From Candidatus Latescibacterota bacterium (GTDB taxonomy: Bacteria; Latescibacterota; UBA2968; GCA-2709665): a DNA stretch of 48,963 bases. The notes beneath the pieces were generated by a model. It worked only from the letters and a program-made list of their open reading frames with translations, did no database searches and was not told where the DNA came from. How positions within the stretch are numbered: position 1 is the first letter of the stretch; every line of letters begins with the position of its first letter. Where the stretch lies: NCBI GenBank assembly GCA_963662665.2, contig CAXXJS010000001.1:1-48963 (forward strand). The letters are read 5' to 3'. Positions 1 to 12,290 of the stretch are shown here, one piece after another. A program made the position numbers and the translations under genes.

Positions 1-1
1 G

Positions 2-1825
2 GAACATGCGGTCGCCGTGGATTCCAAGGCTGTGGTAACGGCGAGGAGTCCGGGAACGGTCACCTACGTGAGTGCGGACAGGATTGTGGTTAAACGGCGC
101 AAGGGTCGCGACGTCGAGATGATTGACCTGTTCGACGAAGACGTCTTCCGGCTCATCAAATTCAAGCGGTCGAACCAGGATTTCTGCATCAGCCAGAAGC
201 CGCTCGTGCGTGTTGGCGACAGGGTTGAAACCGGAGATCTCCTGGCCGACGGCTGCGCCACGGACCGAGGGGACCTTGCACTCGGAGCAAATGTGCTTTG
301 TGCGTTCATGTCGTGGAACGGATACAATTTCGAAGACGCGATAATTGTGTCCGAGCGGCTTTCGAAGAAAGACATCTTCACCTCCATTTCCATAGAGGAA
401 TTCGAACTCCAGGTGAGAGACACCAAGCGAGGGGTGGAGGAGATAACCAGGGAAATTCCGAATGTCAGCGAGCAGGCGGTTCGCAACCTGGATGAACAGG
501 GCATCATTCGGGCCGGCGCTGAGGTGACGTCCGGAGATATTCTCGTAGGCAAAGTTACGCCCAAAGGAGAAACCGAACTCTCGCCGGAGGAGCGCCTCCT
601 CCGGGCGATATTCGGAGAGAAGGCGGGAGACGTCAGGGATGCGTCCTTGAAGGCGCCGTCCGGAATGGACGGGGTCGTTATGGATCGAAAGGTTTTTTCG
701 CGAAAAGACAGGGAAAAAACCCGCAAGACCGATAAAGAGAAAACGGCCTCCGTCAAGAACATCGTCCAGGAGAAAATAAGGGCGATTAAGGCCAGCCGGG
801 AGGAACAGGTGGCGGAGCTGCTTGGGAACAAGAAGGTGAATCTCTTGCGGCACACCGAAGACGGTTCGGTGGTGGCTCGATCCGGCAGGGTATTCGACCA
901 GAAACTCGCCGAAAACCTCGACCTGGATGTCGTCCGTCCAGACGAATCCTGGGTCGACGACGCCAGGATCAACCGGAAGGTCGAACGCATCATCGAACTG
1001 GCTGAGAAACTGATCCGGGGCGCGGAAGACGAACTGGATCGGGAACTGGAGAAAATCGCGCGAGGCGACGAACTCCCTCCCGGAATTGTACAGCTTGTCA
1101 AAGTTTATATCGCACGAAAGCGCAAGCTGATGGTCGGCGACAAAATGGCCGGACGACACGGCAACAAGGGCGTCGTTTCAATAATCGTCCCCGAAGAGGA
1201 TATGCCTTATCTTCCCGACGGCACCCCGATCGACATTATCCTGAATCCGCTGGGTGTGCCTTCCCGCATGAATCTGGGTCAGATTCTCGAGACCCACCTC
1301 GGATGGGCTGCCCAGGCGCTCGATATTCATGTATCCACGCCTGTTTTCGACGGCGCTACGTTGGAGGACATCAAGTCGGCATTGCGCCAGGCCGATCTGC
1401 CGGAAGCCGGGAAAACCGTGCTGTACGACGGAAAAACAGGAAGGCCGTTCGACAAGAAGGTGATGGTAGGTTACATCTATATGTTGAAATTGTCTCATCT
1501 GGTCAGCGACAAGATCCATGCCCGATCCATCGGACCCTATTCGCTGGTCACGCAACAGCCACTTGGCGGAAAGGCGCAATTCGGCGGCCAGCGGTTCGGA
1601 GAAATGGAGGTCTGGGCGCTGGAGGCCTACGGCGCCGCCTATATGCTGCAGGAGATGCTGACCGTCAAGTCCGATGATGTTGCAGGTCGTTCAAAGATTT
1701 ACGAAGCGATCGTAAAGGGTGAAAATCCACCAGAGCCGGGGGTTCCTGAATCCTTCAACGTACTCGTGAAGGAATTGCAGAGCCTCTGTCTGGACGTGGT
1801 CCTGGAGAATGGTCAGGGCGGGTAA
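2..1825 (+). CDS. rpoB: RNA polymerase beta subunit, 5'-truncated by window edge
   Basis: Motifs [48 protein letters not shown]; frame open from position 2. Confidence 0.99.
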   Translation, partial: EHAVAVDSKAVVTARSPGTVTYVSADRIVVKRRKGRDVEMIDLFDEDVFRLIKFKRSNQDFCISQKPLVRVGDRVETGDLLADGCATDRGDLALGANVLCAFMSWNGYNFEDAIIVSERLSKKDIFTSISIEEFELQVRDTKRGVEEITREIPNVSEQAVRNLDEQGIIRAGAEVTSGDILVGKVTPKGETELSPEERLLRAIFGEKAGDVRDASLKAPSGMDGVVMDRKVFSRKDREKTRKTDKEKTASVKNIVQEKIRAIKASREEQVAELLGNKKVNLLRHTEDGSVVARSGRVFDQKLAENLDLDVVRPDESWVDDARINRKVERIIELAEKLIRGAEDELDRELEKIARGDELPPGIVQLVKVYIARKRKLMVGDKMAGRHGNKGVVSIIVPEEDMPYLPDGTPIDIILNPLGVPSRMNLGQILETHLGWAAQALDIHVSTPVFDGATLEDIKSALRQADLPEAGKTVLYDGKTGRPFDKKVMVGYIYMLKLSHLVSDKIHARSIGPYSLVTQQPLGGKAQFGGQRFGEMEVWALEAYGAAYMLQEMLTVKSDDVAGRSKIYEAIVKGENPPEPGVPESFNVLVKELQSLCLDVVLENGQGG

Positions 1826-1886
1826 GATCTGGTAGCGGGGTCGTCTTTCTTATTTCGAATTCGATCGCAAAAAGGGGGTAAGGCCT

Positions 1887-4800
1887 GTGGCGGACATCAA
1901 CACTTCCAAGCGGCCAACAGAGTTCAACTCCATCCGTATACAACTGGCTTCTCCGGAAACGATCCGGGGCTGGTCACGCGGTGAGGTGACCAAGCCGGAA
2001 ACCATCAATTACCGCTCGTTCAAGCCGGAACGGGACGGTCTGTTCTGCGAACGCATTTTTGGTCCGGTTAAAGATTGGGAATGCAGCTGCGGCAAATATA
2101 AGAGGATTCGCTACCGGGGCGTGGTATGCGACCGGTGTGGCGTGGAAGTGACCCAGTCGAAGGTGCGTCGTGAGCGGCTGGGCCATATCGAACTTGCAGT
2201 GCCGGTCTCTCATATCTGGTTCTTCAAGTCGCTCCCTTCCCGTATGGGCTATCTTCTGGATATTACAATTCGAAATCTGGAACGGATCATCTATTACGAG
2301 TCCTACGTTGTCCTGGATCCAGGCGACGCGCCCGATTTGAAGTATAAGGATCTTCTCTCCGAAGATGAAGCATTTGAGCTTGAGTCCAAGGGGTACAACT
2401 TTAATGCGGATATGGGCGCGGCCGCGCTCAAAAAACTGCTCAGCGAAATAGACATCGAGGAACTTTCCGCGGAGTTGCGCACCCAGGCGCGAATGGAAAC
2501 CTCCGTTCAGCGCAAACAGGAAGCGTTGAAACGGCTCAAGGTGGTTGAGGCATTCAGACAGTCGGACAACCATCCGTCCTGGATGATTCTGGACATGATT
2601 CCCGTTATTCCACCCGATCTCCGGCCGCTTGTCCCCCTTGAGGGTGGGCGGTTTGCCACGTCCGATCTGAACGACCTGTACAGGCGGGTGATCAACCGGA
2701 ACAACAGGCTTAAGAAACTGATCGAAATCAAAGCGCCGGAGGTGATCCTGCGCAACGAAAAACGCATGCTTCAGGAGGCCGTCGACGCGTTGTTCGACAA
2801 TGGCCGCCGGTCCAGAGCGGTGCGTGGCGACGGCAACAGGTCGTTGAAGTCGCTCTCGGATTTATTAAAGGGTAAGCAGGGCCGCTTCCGCCAGAATCTG
2901 CTCGGTAAGCGGGTCGACTATTCGGGCCGGTCGGTAATCGTGGTCGATCCCAACCTCAAGCTGCAACAGTGCGGGCTTCCAAAACACATGGCGCTTGAGT
3001 TGTTCAAGCCGTTTATTATCAAGAAACTGGAAGAACGCGGGTTGGTCCAGACCGTGAAAAGCGCGAAAAAGCTGGTTGAGCGCGAACGGGTCGAGGTGTG
3101 GGACATTCTCGAAGATATCATCCAGGATCACTACGTCCTGCTGAACCGTGCGCCAACGCTCCACCGGTTGGGCATCCAGGCATTCCAGCCCGTGCTTGTG
3201 GAAGGGAAGGCGATTCGTATCCATCCTCTGGTGTGTGCGGCATTTAACGCGGACTTCGACGGCGACCAGATGGCCGTCCACGTGCCTCTGTCTTTCGAGG
3301 CCCAGATCGAAGCACGCGTCCTGATCATGTCAGCGAACAATATGCTCAAGCCCGCAGACGGATCCGCGGTGATCGTGCACAACCCGCAGGACATCGCCAT
3401 GGGCTGTTATTACCTGACAAAAATGGTCCAGCAGTCCGACAAGAAGCAAGTCAAGGCGTTCGGAAACACCAACGAAGCGCTGATCGCGCACGATTACGGC
3501 AAAATAGACCTCCACGAAGCCATCCGCGTGCGGGTCGCCGGCAAGCTGCTGACAACCACCGTAGGGCAGGTGATTTTCAATGAGATTCTACCCGACGGAA
3601 TGCCCTATATCAATCAGATGGTGGACAAGCCCGTGATTCAGAAAGTAACCACCGACGTCCATCGGCGATTCGGCAACCGGGCAACCGTTGAATTTGCCGA
3701 TGGCCTGAAGCGACTGGGTTATGACTACGCCACCCGGTCAGGTGTGACCGTTTCTATGGACGACGTCGTGGTTCCGCCCAGGAAACAGGATCTTATCGAC
3801 AGAGCCAAGGGCGAGGTCGACCGGATTCTGCAACAGTACGTCCACGGCGTTATCACCGAAGGAGAACGGTATAACAAAGTCATCGACGTCTGGCAGCACA
3901 CCACGAACAATATCGCTGAAATGATGAACGAGGCGCTGGAGCATTCCGAGGCGGGATTCAACTCGATCTACATTATGAAAGACTCCGGCGCTCGTGGCAG
4001 CGACGATCAGGTGAAACAGTTGGGCGGCATGAGGGGGTTGATGAACAAACCCCAGAAGAAGCTCACCGGGGCGATCGGGGAAATTATCGAAACGCCGATC
4101 GTTGCTTCCTTTAAAGAAGGGCTCTCGGTGCTGGAGTACTTCATATCCACGCACGGCGCGAGAAAGGGGTTGGCAGACACGGCGCTGAAGACCGCCGAAG
4201 CGGGCTATCTCACGCGTCGTATGGTCGACGTGGCACAGGACGGCGTGATCAGCGAAGGGGATTGCGGCACCATTATGGGCATTGAACTCGAAGCGTTGAA
4301 AGAGGGCGAGGAGGTGGTCGAGCCTCTGGCTGATCGTATCGTGGGCCGAACCCTTTTGGAGGATGTTTACGATCCGATCGGAGGCGAGATCATTGTGGAG
4401 AGCGGAGTGCTGCTCGACGAGGCATTCGCTGCCGAGATCGCAGATGCCGGTGTGGAACGGGTGAATGTACGTTCGGTATTGACCTGCGAAGCCCGCCGGG
4501 GCATCTGCGCCAAGTGTTACGGTCGCAATCTCGCTGCCGGAACACTCGTTGACATTGGCGAGGCCGTCGGGGTGATTGCCGCCCAGAGTGTCGGTGAACC
4601 AGGGACACAGCTCACGTTGCGTACGTTCCATATCGGCGGCACGTCCAGCCGCATTGCGGAACAGGCGGAAATTGTCGCCAAGCGGGCGGGTGTCGTGCGT
4701 TTCATCAACATGGATTCGGTCGCTCGCAGCGACGGTCAGCGCATCGCGGTCGGCAGGAACGGAGAGTTCGAGGTCCAGGACGACCAGGGTCGTCCTCGCG

Positions 4801-5975
4801 GCGGTCACTACTACGTGCCTTACGGCGCCGTGTTGACGGTAGACGACGAGCAGCCGGTCGACGAAAACCAGGTCCTTTACGAATGGGATCCCTACAACAA
4901 TATTATCGTTTCCAACCGGCCGGGCATCGTCGAATTTGTCGACCTCGTCGAAGGGGTGACATACCGCGAAGAGGCCGACGAAACCACCGGGCTGGCGGCA
5001 CAGGTGGTCAGCGAACACCGGGATCGCACACTTTCTCCCCGGATCCGGATCGTCGACGCCGCCGGAAATGAAGTCGGTCATTACGTCATCCCCGTCGGCG
5101 CTCGCCTCGTGGTGCACGATAAAGATGAGATCGGCGCCGGAGATACACTGGCGAAGATCCCTCGCGAACGCAGCAAAACACGAGACATCACCGGCGGATT
5201 GCCACGCGTCGCCGAACTCTTTGAGGCGAGGCGTCCCAAGGATCCGGCCGTGGTCACCGAGATCGACGGTACCGTCAGTTTCGGCGGACTCGTACGGGGT
5301 TCAAGGACCGTTATTGTCACATCTGACGACGGCGAGGAACGGAAATATACAATTCCTTACGGGAAACACCTTCGGGTTCAGGAGAACGACAGGGTCCAGG
5401 CGGGTGAACAGTTGTCGGAAGGGTCGGTGAATCCACACGATATTCTACAGATCCAGGGCATCCAGGCGGTGCAGGAATATCTCGTGAACGAGATCCAGGC
5501 CGTGTATCGTATGCAGGGTGTTCGGATCAACGACAAGCATATCGAGTGCATAGTGCGTCAGATGCTGCAGAAAGTCCAGGTAACGGATCCGGGCGACACC
5601 AATTTCCTGGAGGGAGAAACGGTAGACCGTTTCCGCTTCCGCGACGAGAACGACAAGGTGATTGGCGAAGGAGGTGATCCGGCGACGTTCCAGCCGGTGT
5701 TGCTGGGTATTACAAGGGCCTCTCTGATGACCGACAGTTTCATTTCCGCCGCTTCGTTCCAGGAGACAACGCGCGTACTGACAGAGGCCTCCGTTCAGGG
5801 CAAGATGGACGGCCTTCTGGGACTGAAGGAAAACGTGATAATCGGGCACCTGATTCCGGCCGGAACGGGTGCGGAACGATATCGCGAGGTCCGTGCGGTA
5901 TCTCTGGAGAAGGAAGTCGAGGAGGTCTCCGACGAAGGTCTCGAAAACGTTGGACTTCCGCCGATAAATGCTTGA
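1887..5975 (+). CDS. rpoC: RNA polymerase beta' subunit
   Basis: Catalytic [10 protein letters not shown]-terminal zinc finger [17 protein letters not shown]; GTG start after AAGGGGG. Confidence 0.99.
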   Translation: MADINTSKRPTEFNSIRIQLASPETIRGWSRGEVTKPETINYRSFKPERDGLFCERIFGPVKDWECSCGKYKRIRYRGVVCDRCGVEVTQSKVRRERLGHIELAVPVSHIWFFKSLPSRMGYLLDITIRNLERIIYYESYVVLDPGDAPDLKYKDLLSEDEAFELESKGYNFNADMGAAALKKLLSEIDIEELSAELRTQARMETSVQRKQEALKRLKVVEAFRQSDNHPSWMILDMIPVIPPDLRPLVPLEGGRFATSDLNDLYRRVINRNNRLKKLIEIKAPEVILRNEKRMLQEAVDALFDNGRRSRAVRGDGNRSLKSLSDLLKGKQGRFRQNLLGKRVDYSGRSVIVVDPNLKLQQCGLPKHMALELFKPFIIKKLEERGLVQTVKSAKKLVERERVEVWDILEDIIQDHYVLLNRAPTLHRLGIQAFQPVLVEGKAIRIHPLVCAAFNADFDGDQMAVHVPLSFEAQIEARVLIMSANNMLKPADGSAVIVHNPQDIAMGCYYLTKMVQQSDKKQVKAFGNTNEALIAHDYGKIDLHEAIRVRVAGKLLTTTVGQVIFNEILPDGMPYINQMVDKPVIQKVTTDVHRRFGNRATVEFADGLKRLGYDYATRSGVTVSMDDVVVPPRKQDLIDRAKGEVDRILQQYVHGVITEGERYNKVIDVWQHTTNNIAEMMNEALEHSEAGFNSIYIMKDSGARGSDDQVKQLGGMRGLMNKPQKKLTGAIGEIIETPIVASFKEGLSVLEYFISTHGARKGLADTALKTAEAGYLTRRMVDVAQDGVISEGDCGTIMGIELEALKEGEEVVEPLADRIVGRTLLEDVYDPIGGEIIVESGVLLDEAFAAEIADAGVERVNVRSVLTCEARRGICAKCYGRNLAAGTLVDIGEAVGVIAAQSVGEPGTQLTLRTFHIGGTSSRIAEQAEIVAKRAGVVRFINMDSVARSDGQRIAVGRNGEFEVQDDQGRPRGGHYYVPYGAVLTVDDEQPVDENQVLYEWDPYNNIIVSNRPGIVEFVDLVEGVTYREEADETTGLAAQVVSEHRDRTLSPRIRIVDAAGNEVGHYVIPVGARLVVHDKDEIGAGDTLAKIPRERSKTRDITGGLPRVAELFEARRPKDPAVVTEIDGTVSFGGLVRGSRTVIVTSDDGEERKYTIPYGKHLRVQENDRVQAGEQLSEGSVNPHDILQIQGIQAVQEYLVNEIQAVYRMQGVRINDKHIECIVRQMLQKVQVTDPGDTNFLEGETVDRFRFRDENDKVIGEGGDPATFQPVLLGITRASLMTDSFISAASFQETTRVLTEASVQGKMDGLLGLKENVIIGHLIPAGTGAERYREVRAVSLEKEVEEVSDEGLENVGLPPINA

Positions 5976-6000
5976 CAAGAAGACTTCAAATTGGTATAAT
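5972..6000 (+). promoter_or_regulatory. Consensus sigma70 promoter for the str operon
   Basis: TTGACA (5972-5977), 17-nt spacer, TG-n-TATAAT (5992-6000). Confidence 0.92.
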
Positions 6001-6097
6001 GAAAGTCTGTGGCCAATTTTAGCTGAGCACGGCAATGTTGGCCGTCCGGATGCATTCGGGCAAGTTGTTCCAGATGCGAACCAAACAGGAGGTTGTC

Positions 6098-6469
6098 TTG
6101 CCCACCATCAACCAGCTGGTGCGCAAAGGACGTAAGCTGAAGGCAAAGCGGTCGTCGGCCCCCGCATTGCGTGGATGCCCGCAAAAGCGGGGCGTCTGTA
6201 CGCGTGTCTATACCACAACCCCCAAGAAGCCGAACTCCGCATTACGGAAGGTCGCCCGCGTCCGCCTCACGAACGGGATGGAGGTCACAGCATACATCCC
6301 GGGCGAAGGACACAATCTCCAGGAACACTCCGTTGTGCTCATTCGGGGTGGACGGGTTCGGGATCTGCCTTCGGTTCGGTACCACGTCATACGGGGCGTC
6401 CTGGACACTATCGGCGTCACCGACCGAAAACAAGGTCGGTCCAAATACGGCGCCAAGACGCCTCAATAG
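6098..6469 (+). CDS. rpsL: 30S ribosomal protein S12
   Basis: [22 protein letters not shown]; TTG start after AGGAGG (6087-6092). Confidence 0.99.
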   Translation: MPTINQLVRKGRKLKAKRSSAPALRGCPQKRGVCTRVYTTTPKKPNSALRKVARVRLTNGMEVTAYIPGEGHNLQEHSVVLIRGGRVRDLPSVRYHVIRGVLDTIGVTDRKQGRSKYGAKTPQ

Positions 6470-6556
6470 GATTTCCTTGTATATGTAACGGTTTGTTTCG
6501 GGGGATAACGCTGGAGTAGGTTGTAAACGGTGTGTCCCCCTTGTTTTGAGGATTTT

Positions 6557-7024
6557 ATGAGAAAACGGCGGGCCGAGAAACGAGCGTTTTCACCCGATCC
6601 CAAATACGGCAGCATTCTCGTGACGCAATTTGTCAACAGTCTGTTTCGGAAGGGCAAGAAGAGCATCGGCGAGAAAATCCTGTACCTAGCACTGGACCTC
6701 ATCGCCGACAAGGCAGACAAGACAGGCCTGGAAGTATTCGAACAGGCGGTCGAGAACGCCAAGCCGATCATCCAGGTGAAATCCCGGCGAGTGGGTGGCA
6801 CAACCTACCAGGTGCCGGTTGAAGTACGGTCAGACGAGCGACTTTCGCTTTCTATAGGGTGGTTGATCACGTTCGCGCGAGGGCGCGGAGAGAAAACCAT
6901 GTCCCAGAGGCTCGCGGGCGAATTGATGGACGCGGCCAGCGGCCGGGGCCGGGCAATGCAACGGCGCGAAGAAACGCACCGCATGGCCGAGGCCAACCGG
7001 GCGTTCGCACACTATCGGTGGTAA
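6557..7024 (+). CDS. rpsG: 30S ribosomal protein S7
   Basis: [37 protein letters not shown]; ATG after GAGGA. Confidence 0.99.
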   Translation: MRKRRAEKRAFSPDPKYGSILVTQFVNSLFRKGKKSIGEKILYLALDLIADKADKTGLEVFEQAVENAKPIIQVKSRRVGGTTYQVPVEVRSDERLSLSIGWLITFARGRGEKTMSQRLAGELMDAASGRGRAMQRREETHRMAEANRAFAHYRW

Positions 7025-7029
7025 CGGAA

Positions 7030-9099
7030 ATGTCACGACGAGAACAACTGGAACTGATCCGAAACATCGGCATTATGGCCCATATCGATGCGGGTAAAAC
7101 CACAACGAGTGAACGGATTCTGTACTATACGGGGCGCCTTCATCGAATGGGTGAGGTGCACGATGGCGCGGCTACATTGGACTGGATGGACCAGGAACGG
7201 GAGCGGGGCATTACCATTACGTCGGCTGCGACCACCTGTTTCTGGGACGGACTCCGTATCAACATCATCGACACACCCGGGCACGTGGATTTTACGGCCG
7301 AGGTCGAGCGGTCACTCAGGGTCCTGGACGGAGTTATCGGAATCTTCTGCGCCGTGGGCGGCGTGGAGCCCCAGACGGAAACGGTCTGGCGCCAGGCCGA
7401 CAAGTACAGGGTGCCGCGAATTGCTTTCGTCAACAAAATGGACCGCACGGGCGGGGACTTCTTCCGCGTTCTCGAAATGATGAGGGAACGCCTGGCTTCG
7501 AATTTTGTGCCGGTACAGATTCCCGTAGGCGCAGGCGAGTTATTTACCGGCTTGATCGATCTGGTGAAGATGAAAATGGTGTCCTATCAGGAAGACACAC
7601 TGGGCACGGTATTCACTGAAAGCGAAATCCCGCACGACCTGTTGGACCTGGCGCAGAACTACCGCGAGCAGATGCTGGAGGCGGTCTCGGATTTCGACGA
7701 TACGCTGATGGAAAAATTTCTGGAGGGCGAACCCATCGCCGAAGAGGAAATTAAACAGGCGCTTCGGCTGGCAACCATCAACGTGAGCGCTGTGCCTGTC
7801 TTCTGCGGATCGGCGTTCAAGAACAAAGGCGTCCAGCGTGTGCTGGACGGCGTTCGAGACTACCTGCCGTCGCCACTTGACGTTCCGGCGGTTAACGGCA
7901 CCGATCCTGATTCCGGTGTGGACGTTGCGCGCGCACCCTCCCACGACGAGCCGTTCTCCGCGCTCGCATTCAAAGTGAAGACCGATCCTTACGTGGGCCA
8001 CCTGACCTATTTCAGGGTGTATTCGGGCTGCCTCAAGACCGGTTCGTACGTCAGGAATTCCAACAAAGGGAAACGAGAGCGGATCGGCCGGGTCCTCCAG
8101 ATGCACGCCAACAAGCGCGAAGAAATTGACGAGGTCGTAACCGGGGACATTGCGGCCGCGGTCGGGCTGAAGGCAACGGCAACGGGTGAGACGCTCTGCG
8201 ATCCGGACCATCCGGTAATACTGGAATCAATGGACTTTGCGAAACCGGTCGTGTCCGTGGCCATCGAGCCCAGAACCAAAGCCGACCAGGATCAGCTGGG
8301 GACCGCACTCCGAAAGTTATCCGAAGAGGATCCCACGTTTCACGTTTCCGGGGACGAAGAGACAGGGCAGACGATCATTTCTGGTATGGGTGAATTGCAC
8401 CTGGAGATCATTGTCGACCGCTTGATGCGGGAATTTCGCGTGGCAGCCAACGTGGGCAAGCCACAGGTGACCTTCAAGGAGGCGATTCGCAAGACGGTCC
8501 GGGTTGAGGGGCGGTTCGTCAGGCAGACTGGCGGTCGGGGGCAGTGGGGGCACGTCTGGTTGGAAATGGGCCCTGGAGAACCGGGAAGCGGCCTCGTCTT
8601 CGAAAATAAGATCGTGGGCGGGTCCGTGCCGTCCGAATATATCTCCTCGGTCCGACAGGGTGTTCAGGAGGCCATGCAGACGGGCGTGTTGGCCGGATAT
8701 CCCGTGGAGGACGTGAGGGTCGAACTTTACGACGGTTCGTACCACGACGTCGATTCATCGGAACTGGCGTTCAAAGTGGCCGGCTCGATGGCTTTCAAAG
8801 ATGGCGCCCGTAAGGCGGACCCGTACCTGATGGAGCCCCTGATGGATGTTGAAGTGGTGGTGCCCGAAGACTATCTGGGCGACGTGATGGGCGATCTGAA
8901 CGCCCGCCGCGGACACATTGTAGGCATTGTGAATCGTCCGGATGCTCAGGTGATTACGGCAATGGTCCCCTTAACCGAAATGTTCGGTTACGCCACGCGT
9001 CTGCGGTCGTTGACCCAGGGCCGTGCGATCTACTCAATGGAATTTTCAAGATTTCAGGAAATACCCAAAGCGATCGCGCGGGAACTTGCCGACAATTAG
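7030..9099 (+). CDS. fusA: Elongation factor G
   Basis: [43 protein letters not shown]. Confidence 0.99.
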   Translation: MSRREQLELIRNIGIMAHIDAGKTTTSERILYYTGRLHRMGEVHDGAATLDWMDQERERGITITSAATTCFWDGLRINIIDTPGHVDFTAEVERSLRVLDGVIGIFCAVGGVEPQTETVWRQADKYRVPRIAFVNKMDRTGGDFFRVLEMMRERLASNFVPVQIPVGAGELFTGLIDLVKMKMVSYQEDTLGTVFTESEIPHDLLDLAQNYREQMLEAVSDFDDTLMEKFLEGEPIAEEEIKQALRLATINVSAVPVFCGSAFKNKGVQRVLDGVRDYLPSPLDVPAVNGTDPDSGVDVARAPSHDEPFSALAFKVKTDPYVGHLTYFRVYSGCLKTGSYVRNSNKGKRERIGRVLQMHANKREEIDEVVTGDIAAAVGLKATATGETLCDPDHPVILESMDFAKPVVSVAIEPRTKADQDQLGTALRKLSEEDPTFHVSGDEETGQTIISGMGELHLEIIVDRLMREFRVAANVGKPQVTFKEAIRKTVRVEGRFVRQTGGRGQWGHVWLEMGPGEPGSGLVFENKIVGGSVPSEYISSVRQGVQEAMQTGVLAGYPVEDVRVELYDGSYHDVDSSELAFKVAGSMAFKDGARKADPYLMEPLMDVEVVVPEDYLGDVMGDLNARRGHIVGIVNRPDAQVITAMVPLTEMFGYATRLRSLTQGRAIYSMEFSRFQEIPKAIARELADN

Positions 9100-9193
9100 C
9101 AATTGAGAGGTCCATTTTATTCGTTACGGCGGGCGACAACAATAGCCCAGGAAAGAGATTTTTAAGACGTCTATTGTAGAGGAGGAAGGCGAC

Positions 9194-10390
9194 ATGGCAA
9201 AGGAGAAGTTTGACAGGAGCAAGCCCCACGTCAATATCGGTACCATTGGGCACGTTGACCATGGCAAGACGACATTGACTGCGGCCATTACCAAGACGCT
9301 GGCCGCCAAGGGGCTGGCGGATTTTATGCCCTTCGAGAACATCGACAAGGCCCCTGAGGAAGTGGAACGCGGCATTACCATTAATACCGCGCATGTGGAG
9401 TATTCAAGTGAAAACCGTCACTATGCCCACGTCGACTGTCCCGGACACGCCGACTATGTAAAGAACATGATCACCGGCGCCGCACAGATGGATGGCGCCA
9501 TCCTGGTGGTAAGCGCGGCCGATGGTCCGATGATTCAGACGAGGGAACATATACTGCTGTCACGGCAGGTAAACGTTCCGTCCATCGTGGTCTACATGAA
9601 CAAGGTCGATATGGTGGACGATCCCGAGCTTCTGGAACTGGTTGAGCTCGAGGTCAGGGAGCTTCTCAGCGACTACGATTTTCCCGGTGACGACATTCCC
9701 GTAATTCAGGGGTCGGCGCTGCAGGCGCTCGAGGCCGGTGATCCGGATTCAGAGGCATGCGAATCCATCTGGGAACTGCTTGAGGCCGTGGACACTGCGA
9801 TTCCGATTCCGGAACGCGACGTCGACCGCGACTTTCTGATGCCGGTCGAAGACGTTTTCAGTATTACCGGCCGCGGGACGGTTGGAACCGGGAGAATTGA
9901 GCGGGGCGTTGTTCATCTGAACGAAGACGTGGAGGTCGTCGGGATCAGAGAAACGCGCAGTACCGTGGTTACTGGAATCGAGATGTTTCGCAAGCTGCTG
10001 GACACCGGAGAGACGGGAGACAACGTCGGACTGCTCCTGCGCGGCGTCGATAAGGAAGACCTCGAGCGCGGGATGGTCGTCGCCAAACCGGGGTCGGTTA
10101 CTCCGCATACCAGGTTCAAGGGCGAAGTTTACGTACTCACGGAAAAAGAGGGCGGTCGGAGCAAACCATTCTTTACAGGTTACCGGCCGCAGTTTTTTTT
10201 CAGAACCACAGACGTCACCGGTGCGGTTCAGTTGCCGGACGGTGTGGAAATGGTGATGCCGGGCGACAACATAACCATGGACGTCGATCTGACGCCCCAG
10301 CCAATCGCCATCGAGCCCCAGCTTAGATTCGCGATACGTGAAGGTGGGCGGACAATCGGATCGGGCGTGGTCACCGAAATTATCGAATAG
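9194..10390 (+). CDS. tuf: Elongation factor Tu
   Basis: [32 protein letters not shown]; SD GGAGG. Confidence 0.99.
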   Translation: MAKEKFDRSKPHVNIGTIGHVDHGKTTLTAAITKTLAAKGLADFMPFENIDKAPEEVERGITINTAHVEYSSENRHYAHVDCPGHADYVKNMITGAAQMDGAILVVSAADGPMIQTREHILLSRQVNVPSIVVYMNKVDMVDDPELLELVELEVRELLSDYDFPGDDIPVIQGSALQALEAGDPDSEACESIWELLEAVDTAIPIPERDVDRDFLMPVEDVFSITGRGTVGTGRIERGVVHLNEDVEVVGIRETRSTVVTGIEMFRKLLDTGETGDNVGLLLRGVDKEDLERGMVVAKPGSVTPHTRFKGEVYVLTEKEGGRSKPFFTGYRPQFFFRTTDVTGAVQLPDGVEMVMPGDNITMDVDLTPQPIAIEPQLRFAIREGGRTIGSGVVTEIIE

Positions 10391-10407
10391 CGCCGACGGA
10401 GGGGTCA

Positions 10408-10716
10408 GTGCCAGCACAGAAAATACGCATTCGACTGAAGGCTTACGATCACAATGCCCTGGATCGTTCCGTCGACGAGATTGTGCGGACGGCGAAAAGG
10501 ACCGGGGCGCTGATTTCCGGCCCCATTCCATTGCCTACCAAGCGTTCGTTGTATACCGTGCTTCGAGGCCCTAATGTCGACAAGAAGTCGCGGGAGCAGT
10601 TCGAGACCCGGGTGCATAAACGACTAATCGACATTCATAACTCCACGCCGCAGACAGTGGATGCACTGATGAAATTGGACTTGCCGGCGGGAATCGACAT
10701 CGAAATTAAGGCGTAG
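10408..10716 (+). CDS. rpsJ: 30S ribosomal protein S10
   Basis: [26 protein letters not shown]; GTG start. Confidence 0.99.
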   Translation: MPAQKIRIRLKAYDHNALDRSVDEIVRTAKRTGALISGPIPLPTKRSLYTVLRGPNVDKKSREQFETRVHKRLIDIHNSTPQTVDALMKLDLPAGIDIEIKA

Positions 10717-10720
10717 CGCC

Positions 10721-11347
10721 GTGTTGGGATTGATCGGAAAAAAAATCGGGATGACGCAGGCATACGATCAGGACGACAATTTGGTCCCTATTACCGTGGT
10801 TCAGGCGGGGCCATGTCCGGTCGTTCAGGTCAAGGACGATGTGTCTGATGGATATCACGCACTGAAACTCTGCTTCGGCGCCACGTCGGAACGGCGGCTC
10901 ACCCGCCCGGTCCTCGGGGTTCTCAAGAAATCCGGCGCCGGCCCACATCGGGTCCTCAGGGAGTTTCGGGTTGAAGACACTTCGGAATATGAGGTCGGCC
11001 AGATCCTCGGCTCGGGCATATTCGAGCCCGGCGAGTACGTCTCTGTTACCGGGCGCACCAAGGGCAAGGGCTTTCAGGGCGGCGTCAAAAGGCACCACTT
11101 CAAGGGCGGCCCGAAGACACACGGGCAGTCCGACCGGCATCGGGCGCCGGGATCGATCGGTCAGAGTTCGGATCCTTCACGTGTTTTCAAAGGGATGCGA
11201 ATGGCCGGCCACATGGGCCATCGCCGGGAAACCGTGAAAGGGCTGATGGTTGTCCGGGTAGATAAAGAGCGCAACCTGTTGCTGCTCAAGGGTGCGGTAC
11301 CCGGTCCCAGAGGCGGCATCGTAAAGGTGCAGAAACAACGAAATTAA
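10721..11347 (+). CDS. rplC: 50S ribosomal protein L3
   Basis: GKKIGMTQ, KGKGFQG, RAPGSIG, KGAVPG. Confidence 0.99.
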   Translation: MLGLIGKKIGMTQAYDQDDNLVPITVVQAGPCPVVQVKDDVSDGYHALKLCFGATSERRLTRPVLGVLKKSGAGPHRVLREFRVEDTSEYEVGQILGSGIFEPGEYVSVTGRTKGKGFQGGVKRHHFKGGPKTHGQSDRHRAPGSIGQSSDPSRVFKGMRMAGHMGHRRETVKGLMVVRVDKERNLLLLKGAVPGPRGGIVKVQKQRN

Positions 11348-11997
11348 TGGGAATCGATGGTGTTATGGCGTCAGTTGACGTAACAGACCTGCAGGGCGAG
11401 GTGATGGGTTCCGTCGACCTCCCGGAGACGATCTTTGGGATCGAACCTTCTCATCCTGCCATCTATCATACGGTCAAGATGTATCTCACAAACCAGCGCC
11501 AGGGTAACGCGCATTCGAAGACCCGCGCTGAGGTACGGCGAAGCAAGCGGAAGATGTATCGGCAAAAGGGCACGGGACGGTCGAGAGCCGGGACGGCATC
11601 ATCTCCAATACGGGTCGGCGGCGGGGTTGCTCATGGCCCCAGGCCGCGAGAGCTTGGCGAGCGCGTGTCCAGGAAGGTGCGGCGACTGGCTCTGAAATCG
11701 GCGCTTTCCCTGAAGGTACCGGAAGGGGCGATCAAAGTAGTGGAGGACTTCAGTTTTGACGCACCCAAAACGAAACGCATGGCGGGGATGACGCAGGCAA
11801 TACAGATCAACGACCGGAAGGTTCTTTTGCTCACGCCGAAGTCGGCGCCGAATGTGATGAAGTCGTGTCGAAACTTATCCAACCTCCAGGTGCGGCCGGT
11901 AACTCAGATCACTACATACGATGTGGTCAACGCCGATGCGGTAGTCTTCACCAGGGAGGCCCTCGAAAGGCTGCAGGCCGTCTGGGGTGCGACGTGA
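11347..11997 (+). CDS. rplD: 50S ribosomal protein L4 (alternative start 11365)
   Basis: RQG..KTRAEV, RQKGTGRSRAG, GGGVAHGPRPR. Confidence 0.98.
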   Translation: MGIDGVMASVDVTDLQGEVMGSVDLPETIFGIEPSHPAIYHTVKMYLTNQRQGNAHSKTRAEVRRSKRKMYRQKGTGRSRAGTASSPIRVGGGVAHGPRPRELGERVSRKVRRLALKSALSLKVPEGAIKVVEDFSFDAPKTKRMAGMTQAIQINDRKVLLLTPKSAPNVMKSCRNLSNLQVRPVTQITTYDVVNADAVVFTREALERLQAVWGAT

Positions 11998-12287
11998 AGA
12001 AAGATTTCAGAGAAATCATTCGACGGCCGCTGATCACGGAACGGGCTTCCGAACTTCAGGAAGATCACAACAAATTCGTGTTTGAGGTTCGCGTCGACGC
12101 CAACAAGCTGGAAATAAAAAAGGCCGCTGAAACGTTGTACAATGTAAGGGTGCTGAAAGTCAATACGTCATCCGTCTCAGGAAAGCTGAAGAGAATGGGG
12201 CGGTTTCAGGGCCGCCGTGCAGGCTGGAAAAAGGCGATCATTACGCTTGCGGACGGTGACACCATAGACTTTTTCGGAGAATCCTGA
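11994..12287 (+). CDS. rplW: 50S ribosomal protein L23
   Basis: IRRPLITE, ANKLEIKKA, WKKAIITL; GTG overlaps the rplD stop (GTGA). Confidence 0.98.
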   Translation: MKKDFREIIRRPLITERASELQEDHNKFVFEVRVDANKLEIKKAAETLYNVRVLKVNTSSVSGKLKRMGRFQGRRAGWKKAIITLADGDTIDFFGES

Positions 12288-12290
12288 TCA

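Noticed and set aside
6035-7029. N-terminal extensions in the ORF track for rpsL, rpsG and fusA (also rplW, rplE, bamD, rbsK)
   Set aside because: Downstream starts match the conserved N-termini and mostly have clear SD sequences; the extensions come from longest-ORF calling.
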